Part shown: positions 14,159 through 26,300 of the stretch, piece after piece
Layout: each line of letters starts with the position of its first letter
How positions within the stretch are numbered: the stretch's first letter is position 1
Assembly: GCF_964204645.1 (NCBI RefSeq)
Contig: NC_134030.1
Location: 2,153,355 to 2,217,354, forward strand
Direction: 5' to 3'
Length of the DNA stretch: 64,000 nucleotides
Source of the DNA: Tubulanus polymorphus
Lineage: Eukaryota; Animalia; Nemertea
Program-made: the position numbers and the translations under genes
The notes under the pieces: generated by a model
Databases searched by the model: none
Seen by the model: only the letters and a program-made list of their open reading frames with translations
Told to the model about the DNA's origin: nothing

Positions 14159-14658
14159 CTGTCTGTCACACCTACTCTCCGTGCGACGTTTTGGTCCGTA
14201 ATTTCGTTAATAATCGGTTTATCTACCTTTATTATGCATCAATTTGTTCAGTGAGGAATTTGCATTCAGAAATAAACAACAATTTTCACTTAAGTTGTTT
14301 TTGTTTTCATTTATGAGCGATAGTTTACTCAGCATACGCTCGCGTAATGCTGAAAAATCCGCTCCGCGGACGCTCGGAAACGTTACAGTGACGTCATCAC
14401 CTGCTCATTAGCATATCAAAATACAGTAGGTGGCGCCACGTGACGGGCCATAAAAGCCGTTTTTCAGCATTACGCGAGCGTACGCTAGGTAAACTATCGC
14501 TGATAGAAGAAAACAAAAACAAATTTATGCCAGTTCATGATTTATTTCTGAATGCAAATTCCTTACTGAACAAATTGATGCATAATGTTTACAGATCAAC
14601 CGATTATTAACGAAATTACGAACCAAAACGTCGCACGAAGAGCATGTATGACAGACAG
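14159..14658. mobile_element. ~500-bp foldback MITE with TA flanks (Tc1/mariner-like)
   Basis: ~200-bp inverted arms, TA|CTGTCTGTCA...TGACAGACAG|TA, ~100-bp spacer. Confidence 0.85.
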
Positions 14659-14736
14659 TAGTACATATGTGGTAGAAAAACGTCAAAGTTATCTTACAAT
14701 ATTTATTCCAACTAGTAAAATCAATCTGGGTAAAAG

Positions 14737-15881
14737 CACAGGGGCTCGTTACGATAGCTGGGGGTCCAAAATCAAAGATTTGACCCAGTATCCTAGGTAC
14801 CACCTATAAAAAAAGAAAAGGGAGCTAACATTTTGACATACAAGAATTGACCTTCTCATTTCAACCCCTCATAACTTCGTAACCGATCGACCGATTTACA
14901 CGAAATTAGATTCGTTTCATTCCCAAGAGGTGACTTTTTCGTTTGAGACCTTCCCCGATGAAATCGGACCGGAGATGCACGAGAAATCACGACTCAAATC
15001 CGAAAAAACGGGTCAAAATATCCAAAGCCGGAATTACTAGGACGGCTTGAAGTGCTCAATTTCGATGATTTGACGCCGTTCCCGGACGTTAATCTTCACA
15101 TATCATACATCGCTGGAAAGCTTATGAACTGACCTTATTGACAGACGCGTTTATTTGATAATCCGTTCCGATACCCGCGACTGGCGAGCTGATAATCCAG
15201 ATTGATGCGATAAATACGATTTCCAAGTGTATTCCGGCCGCCATTAACTGCGTGACGTCATGAGAAATCCTAGCATGCAACGCTAGATAATTGACATATT
15301 CAGTCGACCAATCACGTATCGCGAATTTATCAGTCCTCAGAGCCCGTGACGTCACACCCTCAATGGCGGTTCAGTGACGCTTAAAGTGCGTATTTATCGG
15401 TTCGGTGCGTATTATCACCTCGCTTGTCGCCGGTTTCGGAACGGATTATCAAATAAACGCATTTTTCAATAAGGTCAGTTCATAAGCTTTCCAGCGATGT
15501 ATGATATGTGAAGATTAACGTCCGGGAACCGCGTCAACTCATCGTTTTTCGTCGGGAATCGACTACTCCGAGACGTCCTAGTAATTCCGGCTTTGGCTAT
15601 TTTGACTCGTTTTTTCGGATTTGAGTCGTGATTTCTCGGGTGTCTCTTATCCGATTTTGTCGCGGAAGGTCTCAAACGAAAAAGTAACCTCTTAGGAATG
15701 AAACGAAACCAATTTCGAGCGAATCGGTCGATGGGTTACGAAGTTATGAGCGATTGAAATGAGAAGGTCAATTCTAGTATGTCAAAATGTTAGCTCCCTT
15801 TTCTTTTTTTATTGGTGGTACCTAGGATACTGGGTCAAATCTTTGACTTTGGACCCCCAGCTATCGTAACGAGCCCCTGTG
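14737..15881. mobile_element. 1145-bp foldback non-autonomous DNA transposon with 8-bp TSD (hAT/P-like)
   Basis: Arms of ~460 bp (14737-~15196 and ~15411-15881), termini CACAGGGGCTCG...CGAGCCCCTGTG, TSD GGTAAAAG at 14729-14736 and 15882-15889. Confidence 0.9.
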
Positions 15882-16098
15882 GGTAAAAGTGCAGATCTGC
15901 ACCCCTCCGCGTAAACGGTTCAATCCATTACATTAAATATCAATGTTTCAGACTCAAAATTCAGCAATTCAGTACATTGCCATTGGTTAATTTTAAGATA
16001 TTTTCACTAAAAAGATTTTAGCCTGGATTCTGTCTTCAGCAGATTGCGTCAATCACGAGAGGTGCGGATCTGCACCATGGTAAAAGTGCACTTTTACC
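15882..16098. mobile_element. Small TIR element whose left end was the target of the 1145-bp element
   Basis: GGTAAAAGTGCAGATCTGCACC versus GGTGCGGATCTGCAC...GCACTTTTACC. Confidence 0.5.
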
Positions 16099-16834
16099 TC
16101 CATCTGTACTGCTGCAGCGAAATGATGACCAGATGAATCTCGAAAATAAACCAACGACTAAACTACCTGGCTTCGACATCATCAGCGCCACCTGCTGTTC
16201 AGTTGATAACATGTTGGATGAAAAAATCTGAACATCTAATGCAATAAATCTGCTCGGGCGACATTGAAGAGAATGCAAACACATCCACTGAAGTAACATG
16301 CAGAGATATATTGTATTAATGAATTTTACTGTAGAATTATGATCCTGATCATGATCCCTTAATACTCTTTTAATTTCAGGAACCCCACTTTACTTACAGA
16401 AGCCATCATAATCATCCTGAAATGGTCCCTCAACGTCAACTAATTGGAATTTTAGTCATAAATCCCGGTAAAGAAAGAACATTGGCCCTTCCTTCATTCT
16501 CGTAATCTGATACCTGTTCATTCGAAATTAATCATCTTTTTGAAAAGGTTCGTCTCATGGATTCGATTATGTAACTGTTGTCTGTAATGTGTGAAGACCG
16601 TATGATGGCGCATTGAAATCAAATATTCTCTATTTCAGGCATAATTCCTATTTCTGTGGCATGAAGAGGCATACCCTAGGAGCAGCTCAGGAGCAGCATG
16701 TTGCGAGCAATTCAGGAGTACCTGCAGCTCCCATGTGGTTAAGAACAGTACTACAGGACTAATATAAGAGCCATGAGGGAATCATCAAAGTTAGGATTAA
16801 TGTAGTATCAAGTCAGGAGGATGTGGAGCATCAG

Positions 16835-17055
16835 GAGTAGTGCAGGAGCAAAATCATAGGAGCAGAAAGAGCAGCATCTTAGGAGTAGTTCAGGAGCAGC
16901 ATCATAGGAGCAGCAAGAGCAGCATCGTAGGAGTAGTTCAGGAGCAGCATCATAGGAGCAGCAAGAGCAGCATCGTAGGAGTAGTTCAGGAGCAGCATCA
17001 TAGGAGCAGCAAGAGCAGCATCATAGTAGTTCAGGAGCATCACAGGAGCAGCAGA
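16835..17055 (+). repeat. 48-bp tandem repeat
   Basis: AGGAGTAGTTCAGGAGCAGCATCATAGGAGCAGCAAGAGCAGCATCGT, ~4.5 copies. Confidence 0.9.
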
Positions 17056-17335
17056 ATAAATCACAGAAAAGATAAGTAATATTAGAATATTATAGAAATA
17101 GGAATTTGTCTATAGCTGATAGACACAGTGGGATACTGAGTTATAACCTGTTCAGTTCTAGTGTCTTTCAATTTGGTTTGACAAGTTGTCGTCTGGTCTA
17201 TTGCTCTGTCAGTTTTGTTAGTACATATTGGATATAGGTCTTGAAATAACTTATTATATATGTACCACCAAAACTGACCGAGCTAAGCCACTCAACATCG
17301 TCTCAAGCAAAGTTGAAACGGAAGACGGTTGAATT

Positions 17336-18152
17336 AAGGAAAAGGTTGTTGAAATGAATTGAATTCGGCTCCATGCGTCTCCATCATATATGAAGCTAGC
17401 TCAAGAGTTATGGACCGTTTAGGTTCAGCTCACTTCACATCAGCTCTAGATCAGTTCCGGACACTAACCAGTGAATCAACCTTATTATAGAAACTGAAAT
17501 AATGATAACAGATTCTATATGTATAGATAATGAACCACATCTGAAACCATATTATCGGAAAAATAGAAAGTTGAAAAATGTTTTTTAATTCAGTCTGATT
17601 TGCGTCAGATTATAACTGTAGAAGTTTCACTCATTGTTTCAGTCTAATAGAGTTATAACTGATGTACATGTAACACTGACTGTGTAACACTGCAGTCATT
17701 CGTTCATTTATTCCTCCTCAGTTGGAAGAATGTTTGTTCTCTCATCATCATTAGCGATAAGAATCAATCCCATCCGTCTAACGACAACATCGTAACATTT
17801 CTACTCATCTGATCATAGAGGGAATGAGTAGTATGAGGTTTTGGTATGGAATGGGGCAGGGTATGGTGTAGTTGACAGTTAGGGTAGGATAGGGTAATGT
17901 GATACGGTAAGGTCGGTTTGATGATGCAGGGTTATTTGATGCAGTTGGATTCGATGATCAGTTTAATATAGAACTGGTTGGGGGTAAGTGATGTTTATGG
18001 TAGTGTACGGTGTGTATGTTCGGAGGGTGTATGATAACGGATTGAAAGGTTACTGGTAGAGGGCGGTGCAGTATCATCCTCACTTACCAGGGCTTGAGTT
18101 GTTTCCTACTGATGTTCTTGTCGATACAAATGCTGACCGCAACTTCCTTCAT
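17336..18152 (-). repeat. Inverted paralog of 19481-19556 plus 25283-26012 (first exon, intron, proto-monomer)
   Basis: The reverse complement aligns by eye over ~750 bp (e.g. ggaactgatctagagctgatgtgaagtgagctgaacc). It includes a minus-strand donor CTG|GTAAGT at 18088/18087 and an array-type acceptor GAATCTGTTATCATTATTTCAG at ~17494-17515. Confidence 0.85.
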
Positions 18153-18283
18153 CGGACTATTGGCATTCGAGGAATCATCCAGCCAATGAAAACAGAGGAA
18201 TCATCCAGCCAATGAAAACAAAGGAATCATCCAGCCAATAAAGTTGTGTTTCACAAAGTCAATAGCGTCTTTGTTATGCAAAT
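18140..18283. promoter_or_regulatory. Promoter-like cluster: ETS core, three 26-bp CCAAT repeats, octamer
   Basis: ACTTCC at ~18142, (GGAATCATCCAGCCAATGAAAACAGA)x3 at 18170-18241, ATGCAAAT at 18276-18283, directly upstream of the minus-strand first exon. Confidence 0.5.
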
Positions 18284-18529
18284 ACGACATGAAGCTGTAT
18301 AGCCAAGTGGATAAGTTCAATAAGTCTCGTTGCTAGCTTTCAATCATTGTACAGGACCTGGAAAGCAAAAAACCCTTGGACTGCCAATCGCACCAGTTGA
18401 GCCAATCTCATAAAACTCTGCAAAAACAGTTGAGATCAGAAAAATAAGATCAAAGAAAAGTCCAAGTTAGGGTCAAGGTTTACTCTATATTTGATTCATC
18501 TGAAAATGTTTCTAGTTATGGAACTGGCC

Positions 18530-19470
18530 TAGCGACCTGTGTCCCTGCCCAATCTGGTGGTGACCTGTCGGCCCATATGGGTGACCTTGCGGTGACCTGC
18601 CTCCCTGAGCCTGATATGGTGGTGACCTGTCTGCCCATGTGGGTGACCTGCCTCCCCGCCCGACGGAGTGGCAACCTGTCGGCCCGTGTGGGTGGCCTTT
18701 TGGTGACCTGTCTGCATGTGCGGGCGACCTGGTGTTGACCTATCTGCTTAACCAGGCGATCATCTGTCTAGCCGCCTTGGTTACATTGTCTACCCACGTG
18801 GGTTATCCGGCGATGACGTCACTGTCCATAGAGGCTACCCGGCAGTGATCTGTCTGCCCACCCAGGCAGTCAGATCACTGGTGTTGATCACTGCTGTTGA
18901 CCTGGCGTCGACCTTTCTGCCTATGGACTTGACCTGGTGGTAATCTGTCTGCCCATGGGGCTAACCCAACAGTGACCTGTCTGCCTGTGGGCTTGACCTG
19001 GTGGTAATCTGTCTGCCCATGGGGCTGACCCAACAGTGACCTGTCTGCCTATGGGCTTGCACTGGTGCTGATGTTTGCCCATGGGCTAACCCAACAGTGA
19101 CCTGTCTGCCTGTGGGCTTGACCTGGTAGTGACCTGTCTGCCCACGGGGCTGACCAGCGGTGATGTGTTGACCTATGTGGACGACCCAATGGTGACCTGT
19201 CTGCATGGAGTTGACCCGGCACTGATCTGTCAGTGACCTCCTGTCTGCCCATGTGGGTGACCTGCCCGTGATGTATCTACCTGCCCGACCATCTCGGCGG
19301 TGACCTGGGTGTGTGGGCTACCCAGAGGTGATCTGTCTGCCCGCTGAGGTGACCGTCAGTGATCTCTCCTCCGCTGTGGATGTCCTCGGCAGTGACCTGT
19401 CTGCCTACCTGAGCTCCCTGCGGTGACCTGTCCATCGGACCTGGTGGTGACCTCTGCCCGACCCTGTCGG
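18530..19470. repeat. GC-rich degenerate minisatellite (GGTGACCTGTCTGCCC-based)
   Basis: About 23 TGACCT hexamers. The repetitive GRQVT/QTGH ORFs in the track are by-products of the repeat. Confidence 0.9.
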
Positions 19471-19480
19471 TCATAGACGT

Positions 19481-19549
19481 ATGAAGGACGTTGGAGCAGC
19501 GTTTGTGTTCACTTGAACGTCAGTAGAAGGCAACCAGACCCTGGTAAGT
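19481..19549 (+). other. Candidate first exon and GTAAGT donor of the array lncRNA
   Basis: CCCTG|GTAAGT at 19543/19544; homologous in inverted orientation to 18082-18152. Confidence 0.45.
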
Positions 19550-19879
19550 GTGGATGTATATGTGTTGATGGTATAGTTTGTGTAAGGTAGGGGGCGGTGA
19601 TGAGGTTAAGGATAGGGTCAGTATGGTTGGAATATGAAGGGGTAAGTTTAGGTGATGTCGGGAATAGATGTTTAGTGTTGTAGGGGTTGACATGAATTCG
19701 TTAGAATTTATCCATGTTTTCACTAAGTGGCAGATTTGATAAAAAATATTTTTTGGTTTTGCCTAAAGATTTTTTTGAAATCTGTGATGTAGTATCATAT
19801 GGTTATTTTTAAGTTAAGACATCTATGTCAAACTTCTGGTTCGAACTAAATCCAGGCCCAGCTGCACTGTCATGACATA

Positions 19880-20308
19880 CGTCTTAAGTTCCTAGATCGG
19901 CTATAGAACCAAAATGAGTTTAGATTGGTCTTAACTTGTTAAATAGGCTATAGAACTAAAATGAGTTTAGACTGGTCTTAAGTTGTTAGGTTAGTTATAG
20001 AACCAAAATGAGCTCAGACTAGTCTTAAGTTGTTAGGTTAGTTATAGAACCAAAATGAGCTCAGACTGGTCTTAAGTTATTAGGTTAGTTATAGAATCAA
20101 AATGAGTTTAGATTGGTCTTAACTTGTTAAATAGGCTATAGAACTAAAATGAGCTTAGACTGGTCTTAAGTTGTTAGGTTAGTTATAGAACCAAAATGAG
20201 CTCAGACTAGTCTTAAGTTGTTAGATAGGCTTTAGAACCAAATGAGCTTAGACAGGTCTTAAGGCATTAGATTAGTTATAGAACCAAAATGAACTTAGAC
20301 TGGTGTTA
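19880..20308. repeat. 47-bp minisatellite
   Basis: TATAGAACCAAAATGAGCTCAGACTGGTCTTAAGTTGTTAGGTTAGT, ~9 copies. Confidence 0.9.
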
Positions 20309-23300
20309 AAAAATGCAATTTAGTGAAAACATGGATGGTTGGGTTGTGAGATGGTAAATCATGTGTCAGTCAGTCAGAGGAAAATGTCACTTCATGTATT
20401 CACAATATCCGTTTCTAAGTCAGACACTCACTTGCCAGTGTGTAGTGTAGTGTTGGAGTATTTTCATGCTCCTAATAATGAGAAATGTATTAAAATCACT
20501 ACATATGCAATTCGTTCAGTCAAAGACTTCAGGTAGAGGAGACAGAGAGTCATGTTGACCATGGAATTCTGTGAGCTATGATTAGTTTAAGGTGTGGGTA
20601 AGTTGACCCTGGTACAGGATGTGGGTCTCTCGGAGAAGCAGAGACAGGTTGACATGAGTAGGCCTTCTCTTGCAACATCAGTTGTAGCCAATGAGTTGCA
20701 CATGATCCACTTCCTTCGCTAGCTATCGTCTCTCAGTTGCAAGTGAGTTAAGCTGCTCTTGTGACTGTTGGAAGACTATAGTAAGGTGCTGACAATGCAG
20801 TCAATCCAACCAGTTGCAACCGATCGCATAGCTTGGCAATTGTGATGTAAGCTCTCACAAGTCGACTGCCTTTAAAGTCATAGTTGATATAAGCGTATTC
20901 AATTTTTGTCATTAGGCTCGAATGTTTGACTGACACACGGTTTACTATTGGAAGTTTACTGTTGGAAGGGTTTTGTGTAGTGTAGTTTGGTAGCTACACG
21001 TTGTGATGTCAGTCACATGTCCACACATAAACACACAAACAGATTCTGGAAGATTTCTTGTTGTAGAGATGGAAAAATGTGTAGCGTTTTTGTTTTAAAT
21101 ATTTCTGGAATAATTGTAGTTCGGCTTTAGTCATCAGTCAACAGTTCAAAATCAAATGTGTGCCTTTTTGATAATTATTTGGACGCGGCCATTTTGAACC
21201 CGGCTGTAATGAAGTATCGTATGGAGAAAAGCATTTTTCTCGAAATTTCCGCTAAATATATTTTTCAAAGCAGCGAGCGCCGCAGGCTTAGAATACTTAC
21301 CCTTATAATACCTGTAACTCTGATGCTACTTCATTTCACATGATTTTCAACTATCTACTTTTTGAACTGAAAGAATATCGCTGAAATGCAGTCGATGGTT
21401 AGAGGGGTGTGGAGATACAGTGAATGTTTTGAACAATGATGAGGGATGCTCTCGGCGTTTCACTAATCAGAAGACTTTATGTGCTTTATTTTGAAAAAGT
21501 ACAGCTCACGCGACAGAGATTGTTTCTAATGATACTGATGCATCACCCCCTCCCCAACAACTTGAAGAGAAATCTCTAGAAAGAAATCTTCCTTTTTACT
21601 TATTTGTCTGTGTATTTGTGTGTGAATATGTCTGCGTGTGATGACACGGATGGTGATAGGATAGAACAGGAGTGATGTTGGGGTAGGGTAATGTGGTAAT
21701 GTTCGGGCTGGTGAAACGATCTTCATCCTGGAAGGAGAACTGAATTTTGAAACCTCACGATTTCGCAATGAAATGTATTTATCTTTCAATTTCACGGCTT
21801 CTGGAAAGAGAATCTAAACGAAATATAAAATTGAGTTATATTTCTGACGAACTGCTTCATTCGATTTCATAATCACGATTATTCTGGTTTGTGTTAAAAC
21901 GCCTCCAGGTGGCGCACTGATCAAACGATTGATCGGTTCACTTGCAGATCGACCCGATTATTTCTCACATCCAGATTCAAATCTTTGTCGTCGGGACTTT
22001 TTGAAAATCGATCTGAATGCAAGACTCGATTAGTGACGTAACAAGTGTGAACAATTCCGCACCGGTCCGGTCTGGTACGGTCCTGTGGGTTCATACACAG
22101 GGTCTATAGGATGCTGTAGGTCACTACAATTAGTGATGCGTGTCGGTTATTTGGTTATCGTCACGTGTAACAATTTCAACTGTTGTTACCCTTTGATAAA
22201 CTATGAGATATTTGGATATCTAAGGATTTCACAATTTGGCAAACTTGTGAAATCCTCCGGAGCCCGAAACTTTTGGCTTTTCAATAGATTCTGACTTTTG
22301 AATGGATAATATCTGAACTATTGCGGAAAAGATGAGAAAATTGAGACAAATTACGGACACATTTCTGATATAAATAGCTGTAAAGATTCACCTATATAAA
22401 GTTCACGAGTAGTTGGAGTTGGAGTGGGAATTGGAGCTGGAATGACACAAGTATTTTATTCAGTACAAGCGCGTGTAGAATAGCCCATCATATTGAGTGA
22501 TGGGTATTTTTGAAATTGGTTTCACTCAAAATACATGTATACTGAAAATACTCACTTGTATTTGTATGAAATACCGACAGAAAATACTCAAATCTGTATT
22601 TTCTTACCTCTAGTTCAATTTAGTGTTTTGTTCTGCATTCATTATGAACAAATTACTGACGTAATTATCTTTGAATGTTTATGGTGCATCGGGGTCCGAT
22701 CTAAGGAATGAAAGCCACCTGCCTGAGGGGCAGGCATATCTGAAATTTTGCTTGCCCCCTCCAAAAGCTACTTGCCCTACGCAGGCAGTCCGATTGGTGG
22801 CACTATCATCCGTTGTATGGAGTGGGAAAGAAGTTTTCTGACATTAAATTTCAATAGCCCGGCCGACAAGTGATAATGATAACATACTCGCCCTCATACT
22901 CGCCCTGATGAGAATATACTTGTCCCGGGCAATCGGACTAGTGCTTAGATCCTATGCATTCAATACAAGCCTGTATGAGGTCCGTCCTTTCGAAGACACA
23001 CGGGTCATTTTCGAAAAAATACTCAAAATTCTATTGCGTCTTTATTTTCTGAGTCGTTGACACAAGTTATAAGGCAAATGATGTTATCTTAAAAGACGTG
23101 CTTTCAGCATGTCCTAGAAGGATAGAACTCGAACAGCGTGACTTCAACTTGGATGTAAATACTTGGGTTTATATCCTTGTTTCAGACCCAGCCTTACCTT
23201 CCCGACCTCCTTCCCGCGCTAGCTATTCTAAAATCTCTATATGAGATACATCGAGAACGATGCTATTGAAGATTGAATTCATCGATTCATTTTGGAATTG

Positions 23301-26300
23301 AAACTTGTTTCATGGAACAAATGGTGCTGCAAACAAACAATATCATCGAACAATGATTTATTCTGATTTACTACAGTGGACTTCGCTCAAGTGTTTTTGG
23401 GACCGTAAAAATGTGTCCGACTTGAGAGTGATATCTGAGTTGGATGTTATTATGTATTTCACCTCACAAAAAAATATCACAAAAATATCTGAGTTGATCG
23501 GATCAGAGTTGATCGAATCTGACTACAGAGTCTACTATAAAGTGAATCGCCCTGCCCTACTACTGGTTTTAAAAGCAATTATTGAGATAGATTCAAACCC
23601 AGTTCAATTACTATATTTCCTATATATACACTTACTGCCGGGTGGTACTGGTACATAGGCATTTGAGAGAGAGGAGAGAGAGAGGGAGAGAGAGAGAGAG
23701 CCATAAAGAACCTGAAGAGTGGGGGGTTTAGTCCAGTGGTCTATTCCTACCTCGACTCAAAAAAAAAGAAAAAAGATATAAAGAGCGGGGTCCGAGAGCA
23801 ATTCGAAGGTTCAGTCCCCTGTCCGCCTAGCGGGTAGGCAGTGGTCTATTCCTACCTCGACTCAAAAAAAAGGTGAGCTTAAAGCCACCAAGCACGAAAG
23901 TGGGGTCCGAAGGGTAGTCCTCTGCTGGCTTAGAGGGCAGGCATTGGTCTATTCTTACCTCACGTGCTTAAAAATGTTCACAAAAAATGGCTATTAAGAG
24001 AGAGAAAGAGATAGTGTGAGAGAGAGTGAGAGAGAGGAGGTGCTAAGTCTCATGTACCGCTGGGCTTTACTTGATACATATATAAGAAGTAATTTACGGT
24101 TTAAACCTTGAATTTACTAACAATTTTTGTGGGTTCAGAGTCTATTTCTCAACAGTTTGCTGTTAACAAGCTGGTAGTAGGGTAAAAACTACCGGTATTC
24201 AGAGATTTGTGAATCAGAAGTTTTGCCGTCATTTGCTTCATGAATCATTCACTTGTTAAAATGAATCATGTGACACACATGTAAAATACTGTTACTGATT
24301 TATCATTGTTTTGATGGTGTCTTAATGTTCAATATCTTGCAGGTATCATCTCCTTGCATTTCGCATAGAATTGAGGAGTAGTTTGAGCGAATGGGAGGCA
24401 TGGAGAGATTTGGCTCAAGATATCTCACTCGTTCGTTTAGGTTTAGTTTGAGATCATCTAATCAGCTTAAGTGTATACATCCTCGACTACTTTTCAACTA
24501 GTAGTTCATCGTAGGTTTTAGACGTCACATCCATAGCTCCTTCCACTACTCGTGAATTTACAATTCATTCCTATCCGATGATGCTATTTATGATGGAATG
24601 TGTTAAAGTAGATGTCTATGTGTTTTCATCTTTTGGTAAATCGTGAAAAAATCTGGCTAATTTGAATCGAAAGCCATTGATTATTATCTTGCGCGGTAAT
24701 GATGGAAAAATTCAAAATACAGTGATCTGGGGGCCCTCCCCTAGAAACATTTTGAAAATTCAATCGCCGGAGATGCGTTTTGGGACCATTTCACGGTCTC
24801 ATTCACAGAAGCATGAGAAGTCGTGAGTCAACCACCTAGTACAGAGAACGACGAGCTGCTACGCGGTTCAGCGTGCTTTTGAAAAGAAATTTTGTTAAGC
24901 AAAAAAGTGGGGCAGCTTCACCCCTTTTCCGACGGCCCTGGTTTTGAAGGGATAGAAGGCATTGAGATGTCTAAAGGGATTGCCTGGAGGTGGCTGAGAG
25001 ATGGATGCCATTTCCACCATACCTATCACTCATCACATCCTGTAGTGTCCTAGCCTCACCCCCTACATCACATCGTGTACCTCCCGAACTACACTACCAA
25101 CCTTCTTCAGACGCCACCCATCCCGACCATTTCTACCGAATTCACCCTAGCCTCAACAACACCAAACATCCTTCCCCCACATCACCCAAACTTACACTTT
25201 CATATTTCTCTGACCATGCCTTACCCTATCCTTAACACTGTACACCAGCCCTTACCCTACACAAACCATACAATCATCACACCTGCACCGCCCTCTACCA
25301 GCAACCTTTCTCTGTTATCATACACCTCCCTAACTATACATTGTACACTACCACATACACCCACCCGAAACAGTTCTATATTAAACTGATCTTCTAATCC
25401 AGCCATATCAAACAACCCTCCATCATCTTACCTGACCTTACCTTACCACAATGTCCTATCCTCCCCTAACGTGTCAACTCCCATACCCTGTCTCATTCCA
25501 TACCCAAGCGCCATAACACTCATTCCCTCTATGATTAGATGAGTAGAAATGTTACGATGTTGTTGTTAGACGGATGGGATTGATTCTTATCGCTAATGAA
25601 CATGAGAGAACAAACATTCTTCAAACTGAGGAGGAATAAATGAACGAATGACTGCAGTTTTACACAGTCAATGTTACATGTACATTAGTTATATCTCAAT
25701 TAGACTGAAACAATGAGTGAAACTTCTACAGTTATAATCTGACACAAATCAGACTGAATTAGAAAATGTTTCACAACTTTCTATTTTTCAGACACTTTGG
25801 TTTCAGATGTGCTTCATTATCTATTCAAATAGAATCTGATATCATTTCATTTCATTTGCTCTGATTAGGTTGATTCACTTGGTTACTGTACGGAACTGAT
25901 CTAGAGCTGATGTGAAGTGAGCTGAACCCAAACGGTCCATAACTCTGAGCTAGCTTCATATACGATGGAGACGCATGGAGCCGAATTCAATTCATTTCAA
26001 CAACCTTTTCTTTCATATTGATTGAAAGTCCACTGCTCGAGCAAGATACAAACATAGGTGTGCACATTTTGTATGAAGTGAATTTATAAATTTGAAAGTC
26101 TTATTTCTTAGTTTGAGAGAAGGATGTCCCCTTGAACATATTTCAACTCCACACGACAAGTGGTATGTATGAAGGTATAATTTCTTGCTTTAGAATCTGA
26201 TAAAAACAATATCATTGAATCTGTTGTTTTCATTTCAGTGTCAAATGTATGAACTAGTAGCTGATTTGAATGGAACTCTACTGTCTGACACTCGTGGTTT

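Noticed and set aside
18529-19474. GRQVT/QTGH-repeat ORFs
   Set aside because: Short overlapping frames in a degenerate GC-rich minisatellite, with no coherent gene structure.
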